NCBI GenBank assembly: GCA_028534125.1
Contig: CM052817.1
Coordinates: 21,268,001 to 21,332,000, forward strand
Origin: Lama glama
Taxonomy: Eukaryota
Length of the DNA: 64,000 nucleotides
Reading direction: 5' to 3'
Shown: piece by piece, positions 1 through 10,833 of the stretch
Layout of the letters: each line of letters begins with the position of its first letter
How positions within the stretch are numbered: the first letter of the stretch is position 1
Notes under the pieces: model-generated
What the model was told of the DNA's origin: nothing
What the model saw: the letters and a program-made list of their open reading frames with translations, nothing else
The model's database searches: none
Program-made: the position numbers and the translations under genes

Positions 1-399
1 TATTTCTATTTTTTATTCCTTGTCTTCCTTGACTTTTATTAATCAATTATTTGTTACCCACTTTTTAAAAAAATGCATATTTCTACGGTATTTGTTTAAC
101 AACCTCTTTAACATGTGCACTGATTTCACAAAGGCCTAATATAGATAATATTTCTTACTTCCCTTTGAAAAAATTCACAGAAATTTTAAAATGCTTCAAG
201 ACAACTTCCTTCCTTCCAGCTATGCTACCTAGAATTTGAAGTTCATTTTGTTTTCAACTTTAAATTGAAATTTTTATTTAACCAATGATTAATTATATTT
301 ACCAAAAATTTACCACATTTATTTTTGCTAAACTTGCTACATGCATCTCAACCTTTCCTCCTAGATACTTTTTTAATTCATTTTGTGACAACTCATGGG

Positions 400-760
400 T
401 GCTACCCACTCTTTAAGATGTCTGTGTATTTCCTTCATTCATGTATGTTAACTGATCTGGGTATAGAATTCTAGTTCAACAAATATCTTCTTCAAATTTT
501 TTTATGAGAATTCTGCTGACAATCTAATTAGCATGCTTTGTACGTAATCCAATTATTATCTCCGGTTACTTTTATCTCTGTGTCCTTGATAGTATGTGAT
601 TATCTCTGTCTTTGATGACATGAATTTTGTTTTTTAAAAATATCTCGCTTTAGATTCAGCATGCATCCTCTGTATGAAGACTTATATCTTTCTTCAAATC
701 TAGATAATTATAAACCTTTATGACTTCTAATAATGCTTTTCTTTATTCCACCCTTCTGGC
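400..760 (-). mobile_element. Ancient L1M fragment (ORF1-like region), antisense
   Basis: 'tttttatgagaattctgctgacaatctaatt' and 'atatctttcttcaaatctagataatt' resemble the reverse complement of old L1 ORF1; boundaries approximate. Confidence 0.45.
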
Positions 761-2009
761 ATTCAGCAAATCAATTCCTTAGAGGCACTCAGTTTCATGG
801 AAGGAATCCAAACTGGGACTCTGCCTTGACTGTGCTTGAGATAATTTCTCCTGCCCTCACCATCATAAAATTTCAGCTTTCAATTCAGATATCACAGCTT
901 TAATGTATTGTTATCACCCAAGTTCCTTCTGATACTGTTTTATTTTTAGAATTAAAGTCATTTTGCCCCTATTGCATTTCTAATATTTTTGGTGAGAATA
1001 AGACCAAGTACAGTCAACTCCTTTTGCCATATACCATATTTATTCATGTGCTTTTCTAAAATATACATTTCTAAAAGATAGAAGATATTTAGATTCCTTT
1101 CAAATGAAAAAAGTAAGACCAAAAGTCAACACATATAGAACCTGGGAATTTATTACTTTTTTCCATACGGCTTATTTTCAGCTCAGGTAAGTTTAAAGAT
1201 TTGTTGGCTTTTCTCTCTAGTATCCCCAGCAGGTTGACTGTGTCTTTTTTCTTTTTAAATACCCTTTAACCCAACTGTTTAGGAAGGACAAGGCAAGTCC
1301 TTAAAATTCTGCCTATGTTCTCCGGAAATGTCATTCGTTTGGCAGGGCTCCCAACGTGCAGCACAGCTTGATCCCATGAACTGTCCCCTAAACAGCCAGG
1401 CTAGACACTGGGAAGCTCTTTCAATGACAGTCATTCATTTATCTGAACTTATTCTGAACTTAGAGAAGATGCTGTGTGGGTTTTTTTGTTTGTTTGTTTC
1501 ATTTTGTTTTGCTTTGCTTTTTTTTTTAATGTACTCTGAGAGGCACATTCTGGTATCTCTCTGACCCATCAGTATTTCTTCTCTAAAAGTTGTTTTGTAA
1601 AAGAGAATGATTTTAAGGGGATCCCTTTTCTTTATATCTCAGTGGGAGCTCTGAGATGTCTGAATGAAAAAGACTTTAAAACATTTTTGGCAGTACCTTT
1701 GTTTTAGAGTTGGCATTTGGCTTTGTTTAATCAGAAGATAGAACTTAAAGTTCACTCTTATTTAACTTTGATTTAGAAAAAAGGGACAAAAGCAGAAATG
1801 ACATGGTGGAAATTTTAATGTTACGATTTTACATAGAAAGATTCTGAGATCTTTTTAATTATTACATGAGAAGTTTTTCAAATCAAAAACCCCACAATTA
1901 TGGATTATAAGAAGATGTGTTGCACCTATGTTAATCAATATGATATTATGAACTTAATTTGCTTATACATTTTCTTACTAAAAAATTATATAGAAAAAAT
2001 ATTACTTTA

Positions 2010-2212
2010 TAAGCAGAGCTCTAGATTAAAATCTGGATCAATCATTTACCACTTGTGAAAATACAGGCAAATAACTTTTCTGTCTCTTTATCCTCAATTG
2101 TACAAAAAAGATAAAAATAGCATTTAACTCAGAGTAATTGTGAAGAATGAATTAATCCATGCACAGTTTTTGTATTGTGATTGGTGCTCGGTGAGCACAC
2201 AATTGTTAGCTT
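2010..2212 (+). mobile_element. MIR SINE remnant
   Basis: Degenerate MIR core 'aaatctggatcaatcatttaccacttgtg...tcctcaattgtacaaaaaagataaaaatagcatttaactcagagtaattgtgaagaat...tgttagct'. Confidence 0.6.
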
Positions 2213-2851
2213 TCAGTTGGTACTGGTGTTTGTAGGTTTCATTCATCTACAAAGTCCATCAGTTGCAAAGAACATTGTTTTTTCAATTAATCTCCTTTTG
2301 TAAAGTCAAATTTCAGTTTATGGAAAGGTTATTATGTATTTGGAGTTTCAAATTTCTTATTTAGAAAAACTGTGGAGTTGCATTTGATGGTTACGAAGAA
2401 TCTTTTCTATTTTACAATTCTATAGTTCTATGTAATCTAAATTATATCTTAGCTCAGTCTGGTTACTGGAAATGTTACCCCAATGAATAAGCTAGAAGCA
2501 ATATATAAGCCTAACATATGAGTATGTATATCTTTAAAAATTAGAATTTTAAAATGTTAATTGTTCACCAATTCATTGGCAATAACTCTAGATAATTTTT
2601 CATTTATATTTATTTTTTTGCCCATTAATGATATGAACAATTTTGCATGTTTTTAGTTTAGACATATTTCTTTTCTTGAGTTACCTGGTTTTTTTATGTT
2701 ATTTTTCCTATTTTATTTGTCTTGTCAAACTTTTACTGTAGGGAAATACTGTTTTCCTGCTACTTTATTAGTTTAAGAGATTTATATGATTTGAATGTTT
2801 TTCCAGATTACTTTTTATCTTTTTATTTCAATTAAGAGATTTTAATTTTTT

Positions 2852-2918
2852 GATTTTAAAAATTTTTGTTACTTTTTTTGTTGTCGTTTTTGTTGGGGAG
2901 GTAATTAGGTTTGTTTGT

Positions 2919-2957
<39 letters not shown>

Positions 2958-3044
2958 TTAAATGGAGGTACTGAGGATTGAACCCAGGACTCTGTGCATG
3001 TTAAGCATGCGCTCTACCACTGAGCTATATCCTCACTATCCCCA
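2852..3044 (-). mobile_element. tRNA-derived camelid SINE (Vic-1 type) with (TTTA)n tract and 15-bp TSD
   Basis: Minus strand reads 'tatagctcagtggtagagcgcatgcttaacatgcacagagtcctgggttcaatcctcagtacctcc' (Pol III A and B boxes), then (AAAT)n, 'cctaattacctcccc' and an A-rich tail; TSD agattttaatttttt at 2837-2851 and 3045-3059. Confidence 0.9.
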
Positions 3045-3130
3045 AGATTTTAATTTTTTAATATAAGAAAAAAATTTTAATTTTATGTAGTAAAATTATT
3101 CATACCTTGTAAAATTTAATTTTACATATA

Positions 3131-3347
3131 TAGTTGATTCTTGAACAACAGGGGTTTAAACTGTACAGTTCTACTTATATGCTAATTTTTTTCCACTAAA
3201 TACATACTACAGTATTACATGATCCGCAGTTGGTTGAATCCAGGGATGTGGAACTGCAGTCATGGAGGGATGAGTATAGAGGTACATGTGGATTTTCCAT
3301 TGTGTGGAGGTGGGCACCCTAATCTGCATGTTGCTCAAGGTTAACTA
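3131..3347. mobile_element. Tigger2-family MITE (TcMar-Tigger)
   Basis: Terminal inverted repeats tagttgattcttgaacaaca / tgttgctcaaggttaacta flanked by TA; second copy at 49232-49459. Confidence 0.85.
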
Positions 3348-3479
3348 TATCTTTTTATAGTGATACTTTACAATATCTGATATCTTATGGGATGTAGATG
3401 TCAGATATTCATATGTGTAAAAAGTTTTTTAATTTTAATATTATTTATCTTTGAATTTATTTGTGTTTGATTGAAATAT

Positions 3480-4200
3480 AGCTTTATTTTTCCAAGATAA
3501 AATAAGCCATTTATTTATATTTTAGGGAACCTAAGGGGAAAAAAAGAGGATTTTGAGTGAAATTGTATTAAACACACATAAATTTAAGGGTAATTGACAT
3601 ATTACAATATTAACACGAATACTTCGGGATATACTTTAAATCTTTTTGTTTCTTTACATTATCTTTTTTGATCTTAATAAATTTATGGTAAATAAGCATT
3701 TAATACATGTAATTTTAAAATGATTGTTTCACGTATTTTATCTATTCTTTTATAATGAAATAACAAATACTCCAAAGTAGCAGTACTGAGGATGAAGCCA
3801 GCCTTTTCAACTCCAAAAGTCGTTCATTTAATAACCAGCATACTAAATAACTGGTGCATAAAAGAGCTTTGTTTTCTGTGTGTTTTGCGTGGGTGTTCTT
3901 TGTGCTCATGTGTATTTTTTACCATTCCTAATTAGAGTTCTGTCATCAGAACTATAGTTTTTTCATTGATTCACTTTCATTTTATAGATAATGCATCATT
4001 TGCAAATATTATCAACAATTGCACTTTGTTTACTTTTCTATCATTTCTTCTTTATTTGTATTTCTTTTGCTGTTCTTTTACAAATTTCTAAAGTAGAATG
4101 CTGGACTTCCCATATGTATTTATTTCCTGCTTAAGTAATTATTTCAACAATGAATTTGATTCTAACTACTGACTAATCTTTACCCCACAGGAATCTGTAC
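3480..4200 (-). mobile_element. Degraded ancient L1M ORF2 fragments
   Basis: 'attttgagtgaaattgtattaaac...aatttaagggtaattgacatattacaatatt' matches antisense L1 ORF2 patterns. Confidence 0.5.
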
Positions 4201-4229
4201 ATTATTTTCATTGAGGGTAAATTTTCTTA

Positions 4230-5645
4230 GTATGCAGAGAGCCTCGTGTTATATATGGATGTCTACTTTGTGTGAAAGAGAACTGAGGACTGAGGTTGAA
4301 ATCTACAGATTCATATGCCACGGATAACTGGTTGACTTGCTGAACAGGAACTCAATAAGGGCAAGAATGGAATATTAGTGACACAGGGAATACACATGGA
4401 TGGATCTCTCAGAATGGGTCAGAGTGTAAAAATATTTGTATCTCTCATACATGCCCAGTAGAAGGTATCACTCTAATGGGGGACATAATAAACTAATGGA
4501 GATAGTTCTTCAGATGTTAGTTTTTTTCAGCTATGTCTGTGTCTGCTTAACAGATTCATGTACAGTGTGTTCATGGTGGCAGAGAATGAGGCTAAGCACA
4601 TATTCAAGAATATGAAATTTCTCTCACCAAGGTTAGTCCGGCTACTGTCACTACTGAGAAGAATGCATGCTGATACCAAAGGCTAGTCTTGAGCCCTAAA
4701 ATGGTGTAATTCCCTGGAAGACCTGCTAGCAGGTAACAGGTTTACTAAGGTGTATACTCTTTATTGGAGCGGTGGACGGGGCACAATTTTTCCCTACAAG
4801 GATAGATACGTATTCCAGTTATAAACTTGCTCTCTCTGCTCAGCACCATTATTTAAGAATCTGAAGATTATCCACTGCCTGGCATCCTACACAGTATCAC
4901 TTCTGTACACTGGAATGACTCACACGTCCTACACTATAAAATAAATCCCATGAAATCGCTGGTAATACTATTTGTTCTATCACCTAGAAACATTTGGCTA
5001 CATAGAATGGTTGAATGAGTTACCAAAGAATAAATCATGGGAAATATCATTTTTGAGGTAGGGGAGCATATCTCCAGCAGGTGACATGTCCCTTAAAATA
5101 GCAGCCAACATTTGAGGCTTTGTCCCCATAACCAGCTATACAGGGTTTTTTCAGGATCTAGGTCAAGTGATACCTCTCATAATTGCATGTATAAGAAGGG
5201 AAGAAATTTTCACTTCCTTCCTCATGACTCTGGCCTCACGCGTATAGAGATAACAGAGCCCAAGAGAGGAATGCTTCCACCAGGAGACACAGCTATGATT
5301 TCATACATATGAAAGCTGAAACTGCTCCTGGTCAGCTTGGTCTCTTAATGCTAATAAACCAATAGACAACAGAGAGGAACACTACAATGTCTAATGTGGT
5401 ATATTCTGCTTGTCAAGGGGAAATTTGTTTATTGCTACTCAGTGGGATCAAAAAGGACTTTGTGTAGACCCTAGGGAATTCACTGGGGCATTCCTTAGTA
5501 CCTCCGCTTAAAAATCTTCAATAGTGGAAAACAGCTTTAAGCTAACAGAGACAGTACCACCAAGGAGTCAGATCCTGAAGGAAGAAGGCATTTATGCACC
5601 ATATCAGAAGAACTCTAGTCGAGCTAAGGGGAACATGAGATGAGT
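4230..5645 (+). mobile_element. ERVL-class endogenous retrovirus internal remnant: RNase H, integrase and dUTPase pseudogene
   Basis: Decayed ERVL pol motifs: 'tggatggatctctcagaatgg' (WMDLSEW), 'gtaaaaatatttgtatct' (VKIFVS), 'atagatacgtattcc' (IDTYS, integrase core); ORF 5112-5312 ends with GMLPPGDTAMI, the start of the ERVL dUTPase-like region; many stops and frameshifts. Confidence 0.85.
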
Positions 5646-5654
5646 GGCATATGA

Positions 5655-6345
5655 CCCATAAATAAACCTCTGCATATATAGACAACTAATCTATGACACA
5701 GAAGCCAAGAATGTACGAAGGGGAAGGGACAGTCTCTTCAATAACGGTGCTGGGAAAAGTGGACAGCCACATGCAAAAGAATGAGACTGGATCACTACCT
5801 TAGACCACACACAAAAATCAACTCAAAATGGGTTAAAGTCTTGAATGTAAGACCTGATATCACAAATCTCCTATAAGAAAACATAGAGGGAAGACCTTTG
5901 AAATCAGTCTTGCTGATGACTTTTTGGATTTGACACCAAAACAAAAGCAAAAAAAAAAATTAATAATTGGGACTACAGGAAACTATAGAACTTCTACACA
6001 GCATAGGAAATCATAAATGAAAAGGCAGCCTATGGAATGGGAGAAAATATTTGCAAGTCATCTGATTCAGGGTTAATATTCGAAATATGTAATGAACTCA
6101 CAGTCCTCAATAACAAAAAACACCAAACAATCTGATGAAAAAAAATGGGCAAAGGAACTGAATAGATATTTTCTAAAGACAACATACAAAAGGTCAACAG
6201 GTACATAAAAAGGTGCTCAAGGGAAACGCAGGTCAAAATCACAATGAATGTCATCTCAAACCCCTTGGAGTGGCTACTGTAAAAAAAACAAGAGCTAACA
6301 AGTGTTGGTAAAGATGTGAAGGAAAGAGAACACTTTGTGTGTGTC
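5655..6345 (+). mobile_element. L1 ORF2 C-terminal fragment
   Basis: 'ggacagtctcttcaataacggtgctgggaaa...aaaatcaactcaaaatgg...gaatgggagaaaatatttgcaa' are canonical L1 ORF2 sequences. Confidence 0.9.
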
Positions 6346-7185
6346 ATCTGTCATCTGCTGGAACCTTGACATATAAAAATTAAGCTCTTAAGATAACCAA
6401 CACAAACTACTACAACAGACAATGTCTAACAAGTCAATGGATTAACAGACTAAAGATGAAAATTTACATATAGGAAATATTTGTAATATATTTAGTATGT
6501 TAATATTAGGCAAGTACTAAACTGTTTATGAGATTTTGTTATTCTTTATTTTCGTGAACATTACCTAATACTAGGCCTCCCTACTTTTGCACGACATTAA
6601 GATTGACAAGTTCTTGTGAATATTGAAATAGTTTCCGGAGCATTCCAATACACCAATTTATCTTATAACTTGGCATTCACAGGGAAGAGAGAATAAGAGA
6701 CTAACAACTATTACCTACAGAACTGAAAAAAATAAAATAAAAGTGCAATTTTAGTAAACTATCAATAGTATTTAAGTAAACTAAACCACGAAGGAGAACA
6801 ACAGCATTCTCTGGTGACAAAATAAAACTGAATTCCTCATTTCTACTCTTGTGGTACATTTTGCCAGAACCACACTGCCGGGTTAATGTTCTTTAAGCTG
6901 CCATGAAGAAAAATTAAAGATTTGATTAAAATTTTTAAAAATACTAATTTTGTCAGGAAATAGTCACTATATAACTGTTACGCACCAGGAGATGTGCTAG
7001 ATTGTATTTAGGATTATTCACATCTTCTCAGAATGAATTTGTAGGCCAGTGTTCTTGAGGAATTCAGCCCCTGGTTAAAAATCTAAGTCTTTATTTTTCA
7101 GGCTGGACAGCAGGCCTAACAAAGGCATTCTCTAGCAGGACCAATGGGGAAAGCCACCCTCCCCACACCAGACTTCGTGCCCAGC

Positions 7186-7320
7186 CAGTTTCTTCCTCTG
7201 TAAAACGTGGGTTATAGAAACAATACTTTATAGATTGCAGACAACATTAGATGAGTTAACACATGCATGGCACTTGCAATACTGGGCACCCTACAAACAT
7301 AAATAAATATTAGCTGCTCA
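7186..7320 (+). mobile_element. MIR remnant
   Basis: 'cagtttcttcctctgtaaaacgtgg...attagatgagttaacacatgcatggcacttgcaatactgggcac...aaatattagct'. Confidence 0.6.
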
Positions 7321-9084
7321 GTCAATAACAAATTTGGAGATGCTGTTTATAATGTCATCCCTCTGTGTAACTTGGTGAGTTAAAACCAAAGAGTAGCCTA
7401 TGAGGTTCTGCAATTCTAATAACAGATCTCTGTTAGCCTCACTAAATCCTTGCCAGAGAGCATGGGGACCCTTTTGTGTGTTTTAGGAAGTCTATAAATT
7501 CCAAAAAGTTTCAAGACATATTTTGTATAATGGCCTACATATACTTTTATGGGAAAAATCCATATCTCAAAAAATCCATAAGCAATGGTCTGCTTTTTCA
7601 TTCCATTTAACCATATAATTGGCTAAAATTAAACAATCACATTAGAAATAATATGCTGGAGTGATTATGAGCAAGAGAGATGCACTTTTATTAACCTTCT
7701 TTCTCTGGGAAAATCCCTTCACTTCTCTGAACATTTATAAAATGGAATTATAATTTTTTTCATATTTCTGAAAATGGCTAATTTCACATTGCAAAAAATA
7801 CAGAGTTAATCTGAGGCACCAAAAACTTAATTCTTTCCTGAAGGCACATTTTACATTTGTGGAGCATATGCTAGCATATTCAGGCCAATGTATTTCTATG
7901 CAGAAGTAATTTACTACTCACAGCCTGAGTGAGTTAATGTTTTCAGATTTTTCCAAGCCTCTTGTCTCCAGGGAATATTTGGCTCAATATACATTTTTCA
8001 CTAATGTGGCTTACCTTTTAAAATTTTATTTTATGACCTTAATATGTTGACTTTAGGATGTGCTAGCTATTAAGAAAGGGAGAGCTGGTCACAATTAATA
8101 GAAGGGGTTATGCTTTTAAAATTCCAGTTCCATCCTGTGGATTTTACATTTTATCCTACAATATCGTTCACGGGTAAGCTGATAAGGTAAAACAAAAATA
8201 AACTTATTTCACATATGGTGTGCATTAGTTAGTTTCAATATTTAATACTATTTGAGTGGAACAAAAGCCTATTTATTAAACAGCATCAAAGCTCAACGAC
8301 AAAATGATACTGACATCAAACTCACGTGTTAGGAGTGCATTTTCTTTTTAAAATGTTAGACCCTACAGTTGTGTGTATTAATTTGTTTACCTGTTTGTGT
8401 TTTTATACTATGACCTCAGAAATTTTCTGAGCCTGATTGTTCATAAAACTTCTGGAATACAATATATGTGACATTAAAAAATGAAAAGAGAATAGTCATT
8501 TAAATCCACCGCTGTGTATATTCAAGACATTGCTGTATGCCTTTCAATATAAGAAACTAGGGAGATTTTATGGTAGGCGGTTGGGACGGAGTGGGAAGGG
8601 TGGGGGGAGAAAGATGTTGAGGAAAAGAGCAAGTCATCTTTTTGTGCATCATTAATCATATAAAGAGTAATGGCAACAAATAAAGACAGACACAACAGTC
8701 AAGTGGCAGAAATTAAGAAAGCTCAAAAATAACAACAGAAGGGGGAATGTAGGTAAAAAGCAGGAAATAAGAAAGTCTTCGAGTGGAAAAGCTAGGAAAA
8801 AGCAAATAAGGTACTTCTGACTTCTAATAATGATTTCCTCAAGAGCTTGCTAGGTAGAAATACCACATTCTTTTCTGACAAAGACCTTTGCACAGTGGTT
8901 TTTTTTTTTCCACTTTTAATGTCATTTATTTTTTTCTTTCTAATTTTATGAGCAACACATGTTCACTGCAGATAATAAGAAATACGTAAAAGCGTAAAGT
9001 AAAAAATATCAGTCACTCATATTCCCCACTCTGCAGAGATAACCACCATTAGCATTTTCAGGCTTTTCCTCCCAGTGTCTATAT

Positions 9085-9645
9085 ATTTTTAATTGAAATA
9101 TAATTGCCCTGAACACTATGTTAGTTCCAGGTGCACAACATAGTGATTTGATATTTCTGTACATTACAAAATGATTACCGTGATATGTCTAGTTGCCATC
9201 TGTCACCATACAAACATATTACAACATAATTGACTGTATTCCCCATGTTGGATATTTAATCCCCATGACTCATATTTATTTTGTAACTAGAAGTTTGTAC
9301 CTCTTAATCTTTCTACCTATTTCACTTATCCTCCCTACCTCTCTCCTCCTTGGCAAACACCTGCTTTTTCTCTGTATCTATGAGTCTGTTCTGTTTTGTT
9401 GTTTGTTCCTTTATTTTGTTTTTTAGATTCCACATATAAGTGAAATCATATGGTATCTGTCTTTCTCTGTCTTACTAATGCTGCAGTGAACACAGGGGTG
9501 TATATATCTTTACAAATTAAAGTTTCTGTTTTCTTCAGAAAAATACCCAGACGTGGGATTGCTGGATCATATGGTAGCTCTATTTTTAATTCTTTTGAGG
9601 AAACTCCGTACTGCTTTCTATAGTGGCTGCACTAATTTACATTTA
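9085..9645 (-). mobile_element. L1 3' end (L1MA-like), antisense, with an internal deletion near 9475
   Basis: 'ttagattccacatataagtgaaatcatatggtatctgtctttc' and 'gggattgctggatcatatggtagctctatttttaat'. Confidence 0.9.
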
Positions 9646-9909
9646 GCAAGGCAAGTGTTGTTTTGTCACTTGCCTTGCACTTTATCGGTGCTGCATCTCT
9701 GTCGAAATTCAAAGAGATATTTAATAATCTAAATATGTCAATGCCATCATCTTTCTACATCAGTTAGCATCATCCCCTGCTCGTAACCTGCCAATGGCTC
9801 CTTCATGACATTTAACCTGACACCCAGATTTGTTAGCATCCCTTTTAGCTCTCTAAAGTCTAAATAACCTCTTCTCACTCACTCTTTTTAAACAAAAATG
9901 AATATTTTG

Positions 9910-10833
9910 CTATTCTTAGAGCTATAAGGGAAGACTTTGCTGTTGAGGACCTCAACAGCCCCCATGACATTGGCAGACTCCCTGCGACATTCACATTGAA
10001 GGACCCAGTAGTGTTTGCACAGATCCCAGCAGTCTGCTCTATGGAGGAAACCAGTAGTTTCTGCCATGGTGGTACAGAATAGCCATCACCCTTCAGAGAG
10101 GGAGGTGCTGATGCACTCCTCCACCTCCCTAGTCCCTCAAGAAGCTGCCGCTGAACCATCACGGAACAAAGGCTAGTAGTCTCTCCAACCCCACACAAGC
10201 CCTGGAACTGGGAGCCATGGTTGATCTGGGGGCATTTGCACTTGAAAGCCTGGCTGTGAGGCCACTCCAGGCACATTCCAGACCCTAGACCCCATCCCTG
10301 TCTCCATGGCTGCTTCACAAGCTCCTAAAACCCAGCACTGGAGCTACTGCCTTCACGGGCTAGCCAGTGTCTCGGGCCTCAGTGTCATATCTCATCGCAG
10401 GAGTGCCCAAAGTCTGGCTCTGCCTCCACGGCTGTTCCACAGGCAACACATCAGACATCTGTGCCACCGTTGCTGCAGGGTGCCCACAGCTGGACACGGT
10501 GGCAGCAGGGATCCCTTCAGCCACATGATCCTCCATGGAGAAAAAGAGATCAGTGGCCCCCAGCAACCTTCACCATCAAAGAACCCAAGAGCACTTACTA
10601 GACACCTGCAGCCTTTGCTCCTTGAGGATCCCTGCAGTCTTCCCCAAGGCTGGCCTCAGCTGACTGAGCTGCATGGAGACTATGCAGCTGAGCTGCTCCT
10701 GGAGCTGAAACTGCCATGGCCCAACCAACTGGCCCCCTCATGCCCACCTGCAAGTAAGGTCTACCCCATCAATACCAGTTCCCAGAGTTCGGGCAAGGTA
10801 ACTGACTGCTCCATCCGATGTGCAGACATCAAC
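9910..10833 (+). mobile_element. GC-rich L1M 5'UTR remnant
   Basis: GC-rich block ending 'gactgctccatccgatgtgcagacatcaacg', typical of sequence just upstream of ORF1 in older L1MA/MB elements; abuts L1 ORF2 sequence. Confidence 0.65.

Noticed and set aside
2960..3035. tRNA-like sequence (also ~18570-18640)
   Set aside because: These are SINE heads with tail and TSD, not tRNA genes
8262..8300. Faint likeness to mitochondrial 16S rRNA ('aaagctcaac')
   Set aside because: Too short and does not extend; no support for a NUMT
8391..8451. Minus-strand exon-like segment (ccag|...CAG|gtaaac)
   Set aside because: Stops in all three frames and no partner exons
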